Virus record (IMG/VR): IMGVR_UViG_3300032297_000372
Span: 1-64,000 of that record
DNA from: a virus
Reading direction: 5' to 3' (one strand)
Length of the DNA: 64,000 bases
The notes beneath the pieces were generated by a model. That model did no database searches and was not told the origin of the DNA. It saw nothing but the letters and a program-made list of their open reading frames with translations. The stretch's first letter is position 1; the number at the start of each line of letters is the position of its first letter. The position numbers were made by a program, and so were the translations under genes. Of the stretch, positions 57,230-64,000 are shown in pieces.

Positions 57230-60200
57230 ATGCCAATTTCACAAATCGAAAATATAACAAGAACTAATACCATTGATGAATGGAGAATACAGACTAATAA
57301 ATCTGCCTCTGATTTAAATGATCTTGGTTTTTCATCATATGATAAAACGCAAGGTACTTTGATTATATCAAATACTGCGTCATTACGAATTACTGCATCA
57401 GGAACTCCTTTTGAGGTTGTTAATAGTGTTCTCTTTCAGAATAATCTATCGTTAGCAAATAACTTTTATCTAGGTACTGTAGGCACTCCAACAGGTAATG
57501 CTATTATTGGTGGTACAGTAAGTATTGGTGGTTCAGGTGCAACTTCATTAAATGTCGCTAATGGTGTAACTGTTGGTACAGATTTAGCGGTAACTAGAAA
57601 TATTTCTGCATCAAACGCTGCTTTTAGTAATCACATAACAGTAGCAAACAACATAACAGCCTCAGGCATTCTTCGTTTACCTGGAACGGTTGCAGAAAAA
57701 GGAAATGTAATATATGCAAATTCTGGTTCAGCTTATATTAATACAGTTTTTGCATCAACAATTAATTCAGCAAACGTAGCTTCAGATAACGTAAGAGCAT
57801 TGCAAGCAACCTTTGACGTTCTGAACCTTATTGGTTTAGGCACAATGTTAAATTTGCAGGTTTTCAATGATGCGTTCTTAGTTGATATTATTGCTACAGG
57901 TAACAGTTATTTTGATGTTGCTAATGTTCGTTCATTAACAGTTAACTCTTCAGCAAACATAGTAACATTATCTTCGAATACTTCTACGATTAATAACGCA
58001 ATCTTAGGAAATGCCACTGTAACACGAGCTAACGTCACAAACATGACGGTAGACCAAACAGGTAATGTTGTAACTTTAATTTCGAATCTATCATTAATCA
58101 ATACTGCAAATATTTTAATAACAAATGCAAACGTTGGTAATATTCGTAACTTTAGTTTAGGTACTGGTAGTATTACAACAGCTGCAATAGAAAATCAAAC
58201 TTTCAATGTTGCCGTTGGTAACACAAGCACAATACAATCAGCAAACATTGTTACATTACAATCTAATCAAGCGACAATCAATACTGGTAATGTAACAAGA
58301 ATCTTTGCTTCTAATGCAAATGTAAGTACAGTAAACGTTTCCTCATTAGTAGATGTTACTACTGGTGGTTTAGTTAGAGTTGCTGCTGGTGCTTCTCCAG
58401 AAACAACTGTATTGCAAGTTGCAGGTAAAACTAACTTAGCTAACGTAGTTATTGACGGCAATTTAACTGTATCGGGTGCGTTCACACAAACCGGAACTGT
58501 AAACTTCCAGATTCAGTCTTTCTTATTGAATGCAAATACGGCTACAAATCTTGATGCTTCGATTATTAATAAGAGAGCTCTAGGTGATAATGCTATTATT
58601 AATTGGGACGAATCTGTAGATCAGTGGAAGATTTCTACAGGTAATACATACTCACAATTAAACAGAATACTCGATGCTGGTCAATTATCATCACAAGTAA
58701 CTAATACAAGTATTACTGATGTCGCAACTCCTGCTGCGGTTAACACAGTACATACGATTTCTATTACTGCAAGTCATTATGCCAATGCAGCATTCTTACA
58801 AGCAAATACTCCTAGTCACGTATCGAATAGTGCGTCTAGTTATGCTAACTCTGCATTCTTGCAAGCGAATACTCCGAGTCATGTATCTAACTCTGCGGCA
58901 CTCTATGCTAACGCAGCCTTTATAGTTGCAAACACACCAACTCATGTGGCAAATTCTGCTGCTTTATATGCTAATGCGGCATTTATCGTTGCGAATACAC
59001 CAAGTCATGTTGCCAATAGTGCAGGTTTCTATGCTAACGGTGCATTTGTAAAGGCTAATACCGCAGATATCAATGCTAATGCAGCTTCATCATACGCTAA
59101 TGCGGCATTCACTCAAGCTAACTCTGCATTCGTATCAGCAACTAACGCTCAACTTGCCGCAGATGCCGCACAAGGAACAGGTTCAGCATCTTACGTTTTA
59201 GCAAATACAACTACCAATACCGCTTTAGCAGGATTTGCAGTTGCCAACTCCGCAGCACTTTATGCTAATTCAGCTTTCTTGAGAGCTAATAATTCATTGT
59301 TAAGTTCTGGCGGAACAATGACTGGTGATTTAACCATGTCAGGTAGTAACTCGATCAATGCATCAAGAGCTAACATTGCTTTTGATTTATTAGGTGTTAG
59401 AACAGGTGCATCTGGTGCTAGAATTGTGATGAACTATGACATCATTCAATCTGCTGATCCATTGTTCAGAGCATCACTTGTTGTGGATAGAGGTGTAAGT
59501 CCTAACGTTGAGATTCGTTGGAATGAACCTACAGCAAAATGGCAGTTCACGAATGATGGTTCTACTTACACCGACTTTGGTGGTAGTACCGCACCTGCCG
59601 TTGCCGGAGGTACAAATAGACAGATTCTAGTACAGACTGGTGTAGGTGCAACAGGTTTCATTGATGCTCCTTCAACTGCTAATAGATACTTACAATGGAC
59701 AGGATCAGCATTTACTTGGGCTGAGGTACCTAGTGCAGACTTAACTGAACTGAGTGCAAGTAATCTAACATCTGGTACTATACCTGCGGCTAGAATGCCG
59801 GCAACTGGTTCTTTTGGATTTAATATTACAGGTAGCGCAGGTTCAGCATTGACTGCTGCAACAGCAACAACTGCTACAACAGCAGTCAATGCCACAAATG
59901 CAGTAAACATTTCTGGTGGTAATGTACAAAATGCTTTAGCCTTTACAGTGTTAGGTACTCCAAGTATCGGTGACGGAACATCAACATTCTATAATAGACT
60001 TTATATTAGAGATGGCGGCACAACAACAAGTAAAACTGATCCTTCAGATACAGCAGCATTAAAAGTTTTAGGTGATATAGCTGTCTCTACTGATGTTTGG
60101 GCAACTTTGTTTAATGGTACCGCAACATCAGCTCGATATGCTGACTTAGCAGAAAAATATTTACCTGATGCGGATTATCCTGAAGGTACTGTAATGGCCA

Positions 60201-60490
60201 TAGGTGGTGAAAAAGAAGTTACTGCCGCTTCTGATGTTGACTTCAGAGCTATAGGTGTGATATCATTGAAACCTGCATTTAGAATGAATGAAAATCTAGA
60301 GAACGGTGTTTATGTTGCACTGAAAGGTCGAGTGCCTGTACGAGTAAAAGGTGAAATCAAAAAAGGTCAACCTATTGGCACAAGTGATACTTTAGGTGTA
60401 GGTAAACTTAATGCACGTAATCATTTTGCTATTGCATTAGAAACAAAAACAACTGAAGAAGAAGGTGTAATAGAAGCATTAATTCTTTAA
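57230..60490 (+). CDS. Tail fibre / structural protein with C-terminal chaperone-like ('YADLAE') domain
   Basis: TNT.DEWR..TN N-terminus, AN-rich beta and coiled-coil repeats, ATSARYADLAEKY...GV.S..P...MN...VALKGRVP.RV. Confidence 0.8.
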   Translation: MPISQIENITRTNTIDEWRIQTNKSASDLNDLGFSSYDKTQGTLIISNTASLRITASGTPFEVVNSVLFQNNLSLANNFYLGTVGTPTGNAIIGGTVSIGGSGATSLNVANGVTVGTDLAVTRNISASNAAFSNHITVANNITASGILRLPGTVAEKGNVIYANSGSAYINTVFASTINSANVASDNVRALQATFDVLNLIGLGTMLNLQVFNDAFLVDIIATGNSYFDVANVRSLTVNSSANIVTLSSNTSTINNAILGNATVTRANVTNMTVDQTGNVVTLISNLSLINTANILITNANVGNIRNFSLGTGSITTAAIENQTFNVAVGNTSTIQSANIVTLQSNQATINTGNVTRIFASNANVSTVNVSSLVDVTTGGLVRVAAGASPETTVLQVAGKTNLANVVIDGNLTVSGAFTQTGTVNFQIQSFLLNANTATNLDASIINKRALGDNAIINWDESVDQWKISTGNTYSQLNRILDAGQLSSQVTNTSITDVATPAAVNTVHTISITASHYANAAFLQANTPSHVSNSASSYANSAFLQANTPSHVSNSAALYANAAFIVANTPTHVANSAALYANAAFIVANTPSHVANSAGFYANGAFVKANTADINANAASSYANAAFTQANSAFVSATNAQLAADAAQGTGSASYVLANTTTNTALAGFAVANSAALYANSAFLRANNSLLSSGGTMTGDLTMSGSNSINASRANIAFDLLGVRTGASGARIVMNYDIIQSADPLFRASLVVDRGVSPNVEIRWNEPTAKWQFTNDGSTYTDFGGSTAPAVAGGTNRQILVQTGVGATGFIDAPSTANRYLQWTGSAFTWAEVPSADLTELSASNLTSGTIPAARMPATGSFGFNITGSAGSALTAATATTATTAVNATNAVNISGGNVQNALAFTVLGTPSIGDGTSTFYNRLYIRDGGTTTSKTDPSDTAALKVLGDIAVSTDVWATLFNGTATSARYADLAEKYLPDADYPEGTVMAIGGEKEVTAASDVDFRAIGVISLKPAFRMNENLENGVYVALKGRVPVRVKGEIKKGQPIGTSDTLGVGKLNARNHFAIALETKTTEEEGVIEALIL
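58778..59130 (+). repeat. 63-nt (21-aa) tandem repeat, about 5.5 copies
   Basis: YANAAF..ANTPSHV.NSA.. units start at 58778, 58841, 58904, 58967, 59030, 59093. Confidence 0.85.
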
Positions 60491-60491
60491 T

Positions 60492-60965
60492 ATGATAACT
60501 ATTGATGAGTTTGAGAATTTTATACAACATGATTTGGTATATGAACAAAAGTTAATTTCTATACTGGATGACCTAGGTCGACAAATTTATATTGATGATC
60601 TAGGTCAACTTCATTCCAACTACGGTAAAACCGTAAAAGTTGAGGGTATGGAAAAATATAATGCACAAATATATGACACATGTTGTGAATTGCAATACGT
60701 ATATAATCATAATGGTGTCGTGACTTGTCATGCTTTCAGAGCTTATGAAAATTCTGCAAGTTTTGGAACTCATACTGATCCTGATGATGTTTATATACAC
60801 GTTATTTGGGGAGAAAAAACTCTTCAAATAAAAGATGAAATTCACATATATCGTTCTGGTGAAAGTGTATTCATACCTTCTAATACCCCACACAAAGCTA
60901 TAAACGAAAAAGAATCTTTAATATTAAGCTTTGGTCTTGAAAAATTTCTAGTAGATAAATTATGA
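60492..60965 (+). CDS. JmjC/cupin (Cupin_4/ROXA-like) Fe(II)-2OG oxygenase
   Basis: SFGTHTDPDDVYIHVIWGEK (HxD) and GESVFIPSNTPHKA (distal His). Confidence 0.75.
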   Translation: MITIDEFENFIQHDLVYEQKLISILDDLGRQIYIDDLGQLHSNYGKTVKVEGMEKYNAQIYDTCCELQYVYNHNGVVTCHAFRAYENSASFGTHTDPDDVYIHVIWGEKTLQIKDEIHIYRSGESVFIPSNTPHKAINEKESLILSFGLEKFLVDKL

Positions 60966-62020
60966 ATTGGATGTTTTATTTAAAGACCACTGAAACATGT
61001 AATTTAAATTGTAAACATTGTTTCACTAATGGCATTAATGGTCCTAAAATTTTCTGGAATGCCATAAAGATTACTGATTGGATTAAACGTTTCAGAGCAT
61101 ATTACCCATCTAATTCTGATTCTATACATTGTGAATTTCACGGTGGTGAGCCGTTTTTAGTTCCTGTTCATGAAATGCGTCATGTGTGGGAAAATTGTAA
61201 AGACTTGTGGCCTGCCATGACTTGGGGAGCAACAACGAATTTAGTATTTAAGATGGATCAAGAACATTATGATTTTATAGAAGAAGCTTTCGATAATAGA
61301 ATAGGAACTTCTTGGGATCCTAAAATTAGATTTGCCAATAATAAACAATATAAACTTTGGCATAGTAATGTTAAAAGCCTATTGAATCGTGGCGTAACTG
61401 TAAAACTTTTTATAAGTGTAACACAAGATACATTAAATATAGAACCCATAGTATTGTTACGTTGGATTCGTAGGTTAGGTGTACAAGAAGTTTCGTTTGA
61501 GAGATTAACTCAGAATGGTAACGCTAAAAAATATCCTGAAATATTTCCTAACAATATTGAACAAGATAACTGGTTTCTAAAATTATACGAACAATCTGAG
61601 AAATATGGTGCCAGAGAATGGTTCGATAATGAATTTTTAGAAGTAATTTATTCAAAATTTGATACCGGATTCTTGAAAGGTGGAACTTTCTGTAGAGATT
61701 GTGAAGAAAAGATATTCACTGTAAATGCTGACGGTACATTATCAGGATGCCCAAATTCTGCTCCAGAATTTCAATTTGGACATATAAATGATAATCTGGA
61801 AGATGTTATAAATAGTGAAAGAAGAATAGAAAATATATCATGTGAACGTAGTAGAGATCCTAGATGTTTTTCATGTGATGTGTTTGAATATTGTGGTGGA
61901 GACTGTCATCAATTAGAATGGCAAAATGATGTTTGTGGAGCTCCAAAAAGTTTAATGAGATATTTAAAAAATAAACAAAAAAATAAAGTTTGGATATTAA
62001 AAAATGGCAACCTTAACTAA
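60962..62020 (+). CDS. Radical SAM protein with C-terminal SPASM domain
   Basis: CNLNCKHC, FHGGEP, C..C...GTLSGCP, CFSC....YCGGDC....C (CxxCx5Cx3C). Confidence 0.93.
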   Translation: MNWMFYLKTTETCNLNCKHCFTNGINGPKIFWNAIKITDWIKRFRAYYPSNSDSIHCEFHGGEPFLVPVHEMRHVWENCKDLWPAMTWGATTNLVFKMDQEHYDFIEEAFDNRIGTSWDPKIRFANNKQYKLWHSNVKSLLNRGVTVKLFISVTQDTLNIEPIVLLRWIRRLGVQEVSFERLTQNGNAKKYPEIFPNNIEQDNWFLKLYEQSEKYGAREWFDNEFLEVIYSKFDTGFLKGGTFCRDCEEKIFTVNADGTLSGCPNSAPEFQFGHINDNLEDVINSERRIENISCERSRDPRCFSCDVFEYCGGDCHQLEWQNDVCGAPKSLMRYLKNKQKNKVWILKNGNLN

Positions 62021-62549
62021 TAATATTAACCCTCAAAATATCGTTGATAGATTTGCTGATTATGTGACAGCCACAGCTAGTGCAGGAATTACATGGGGAA
62101 CTAATGCTAAACCCTTTAGTCAATTTGATGCGGGTTATCTTGGAGGAACAACCGCAGGTAGACCTATTGGTATATCAGGTGGAAATATTTCTGCTGTTGG
62201 TGGAACAATCACAGCTTCAGCAATTTACAACACTCTAGTTAATGAAACCGCACAATATACTTCTATTAGAAGTTTAAGAGCTATTCTACATTTAACCGGA
62301 TCAGGCAACCAGTTCGATCAAACAGCTATTGCTTATATGAGTTATGGATCGTATGGGCAGAGTATTGGTTCACCAGCAAATGCTGGCGTCTCAGCAGGAT
62401 CGACAATAACTAGTAGTGGTTTAGAATCGCTTTTTAATAATTTAAGATCATCGTATAATACTGCAAGAGCAGCCACAACTACGATAACTGTTACTGTTTG
62501 TCACACATCGTGTCATTCATCCTGCCACGGTTCTAGAGGAAGAAGATAA
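62004..62549 (+). CDS. Ser/Thr/Gly/Ala-rich virion-like protein with C-terminal (CHxS)3-RGRR motif; putative radical SAM substrate
   Basis: All three Cys lie in the terminal CHTSCHSSCHGSRGRR; overlaps the rSAM gene end. Confidence 0.75.
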   Translation: MATLTNNINPQNIVDRFADYVTATASAGITWGTNAKPFSQFDAGYLGGTTAGRPIGISGGNISAVGGTITASAIYNTLVNETAQYTSIRSLRAILHLTGSGNQFDQTAIAYMSYGSYGQSIGSPANAGVSAGSTITSSGLESLFNNLRSSYNTARAATTTITVTVCHTSCHSSCHGSRGRR

Positions 62550-63265
62550 TGAATATTGTTGAAACTACTGCACCCATCTCGATTGAAAATTTAAAAAAAT
62601 ATTTTAATGACCAGACTACTTTTTTTGTTATTGATTATAAAGACAGTAGTTTAAAAGGAACAAAACTATTAACATATCTTTCGAATTTAGATATACCTTC
62701 TGACATAAACTTTACAGGTTGTTCTAGTGATGAATGTTTTGATATGATTAAAGAATACCTACATTCTACAATGATTGTTAATATTCCTGCACTTGAGTCG
62801 GCAGTTATCAATATATTACATCAAACTAAAAATTTAGTTCCAGTAACAGATAAAAAATTTATTGACGATAATAAAGAAATTTTAGATAAGTGGATTTCAA
62901 AACTAGAAAGTTTATCCCTATTCAATATGCATATTATTGGAAACGGAATGTTCAAAGAATTTGTTTCTGAGTTTGAAGTCGATGCATCAACTGAATTGAT
63001 CGGTGTTAATTTTATTAGTTTATTAAAGAATGAACATTTTTATTCTTTCTATAATAATACCGATAAAAAATCATTAAAGTTTTATACACATTATTTTAAT
63101 GATTACATGTTCAAAGGTAAAAATATGTATTCATATTGGGCTAATGAGAATAATCCTTTATTTTTATTGACATACGGTATTTCAGAAGGCCTTGTAGAAG
63201 GAAATTCTTATAACTCATACAAACAAAAAACAATCGAGGAATTAGAAAATGTTACACCTGTTTAA
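62549..63265 (+). CDS. Hypothetical protein in the rSAM operon
   Basis: TAATG coupling; YKDS.LKG..LL.YLSNLD.P.D. Confidence 0.75.
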   Translation: MNIVETTAPISIENLKKYFNDQTTFFVIDYKDSSLKGTKLLTYLSNLDIPSDINFTGCSSDECFDMIKEYLHSTMIVNIPALESAVINILHQTKNLVPVTDKKFIDDNKEILDKWISKLESLSLFNMHIIGNGMFKEFVSEFEVDASTELIGVNFISLLKNEHFYSFYNNTDKKSLKFYTHYFNDYMFKGKNMYSYWANENNPLFLLTYGISEGLVEGNSYNSYKQKTIEELENVTPV

Positions 63266-64000
63266 TAAAGTTTACTTAGAGTTCGATGATAGAATAGAAA
63301 ATCATCTAGATCGAGTTGTTATTTCAGAACAATACGGAGATCAAATGTATGATCTTTTGGAAAAAGCTGTTCTTGGAAAATTAATACTATATGGTAAAAG
63401 TTTCGAAGAAGTTGTTGGTGACGACTTTTTAGGATTCATAAAATCAATAAAAGAATATGGTGATAACTCTGGTAAAAAAATCATTATTTTCTGTGATAGA
63501 ACTTCATACAAAAAATTTATGGCTCATTGGTTTAGATCAACATTACCTAATTTAGATTATGACGGATTTAAAACTATTGTAGATCATACGATTTATAATC
63601 AACGAATAATTTCGAATACCCAACTATCTTCAATGTTCAGTGTTAATCTAAATTCACTATGGGAAGATTTGGATGATATCGAATCTGCGTGGGCAAACGC
63701 ACAATCTGTAAATAGAACCTCGTTGAAATCTTTGAATTTAAATCATACATATGAATTTTTATTATCAACTTATTTGTCTGGTGATAATTCACATAAAGAA
63801 GCCTTGAAAAAAACATTGCACATGTTTTTACGCCGTTGGTTTATAGAAATGTTTGTTGACAATCGACAAATGGTTTTATTGAATCTTAATAACCATAAAT
63901 TCTTAAGCACATTTAATATTGATCCTAAATTGATAGATTTAACTCGTTTAGATCCTTTAGATGTAATAGAACAATTTGAATCTTACTCCGATGATGAAAT
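63249..64000 (+). CDS. Hypothetical protein in the rSAM operon (3'-truncated; not in ORF track)
   Basis: GAGG RBS; MLHLFNKVYLEFDD... frame appears open to the window end; overlaps the upstream gene. Confidence 0.75.
   Translation, partial: MLHLFNKVYLEFDDRIENHLDRVVISEQYGDQMYDLLEKAVLGKLILYGKSFEEVVGDDFLGFIKSIKEYGDNSGKKIIIFCDRTSYKKFMAHWFRSTLPNLDYDGFKTIVDHTIYNQRIISNTQLSSMFSVNLNSLWEDLDDIESAWANAQSVNRTSLKSLNLNHTYEFLLSTYLSGDNSHKEALKKTLHMFLRRWFIEMFVDNRQMVLLNLNNHKFLSTFNIDPKLIDLTRLDPLDVIEQFESYSDDE

Noticed and set aside
37831-59910. Numerous 60-155 aa antisense or out-of-frame ORFs inside the large structural genes
   Set aside because: Expected by-products of codon bias in long Thr/Ser/Ala-rich genes; no RBS or motifs
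60962-62549. Canonical His-Xaa-Ser (HxsA-D) system or anaerobic sulfatase maturase
   Set aside because: Repeat unit is CHxS on a long fibre-like protein rather than contiguous HxS; no HxsD-like gene or sulfatase recognised in the window. A relationship remains possible but identity is not supported
1-64000. Stop-codon reassignment, introns, inteins or homing endonucleases
   Set aside because: Core genes are full-length in code 11 and end in TAA, TAG or TGA; no intein, GIY-YIG, HNH or LAGLIDADG motifs recognised

Overview
A 64-kb, AT-rich segment of a large T4-like myovirus genome, read in standard code 11. 1-22 kb is an early/middle accessory region: many small hypothetical genes, MazG, 2OG-Fe(II) oxygenase, LMW phosphatase, SGNH hydrolase, GT2, GalE, ClpP, DenV-like glycosylase, exonuclease, PhoH, rubrerythrin, SleB hydrolase, two tRNAs and a circularly permuted (two-piece) tmRNA. 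These are interleaved with T4 core genes rnh, dsbA, 33, 59 and 32. 23-60.5 kb is the baseplate/tail module: tape-measure-like M23 protein, gp51, gp26, gp54-like, gp2, gp4, gp48, gp53, gp27-like, split gp5, gp25, gp6, a 4146-aa gp7 extended with Ig and LamG domains, gp8, a VrlC-like protein and a tail fibre. The best candidate for an undescribed system is at 60.5-64 kb, directly after the tail fibre. It is a coupled operon of a JmjC/cupin oxygenase, a radical SAM-SPASM enzyme, a virion-like 181-aa protein ending in C-H-x-S repeats (CHTSCHSSCHGSRGRR) and two unknown proteins, and may be a RiPP-type system that modifies a phage structural protein. Other highlights: the permuted tmRNA (tag ANDESYALAA) on the same genome as a ClpP, a probable -1 frameshift fusing gp26 to gp51, and a stand-alone Xre/MbcA antitoxin-like domain. 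All product calls come from motif recognition by eye; no database searches were run.
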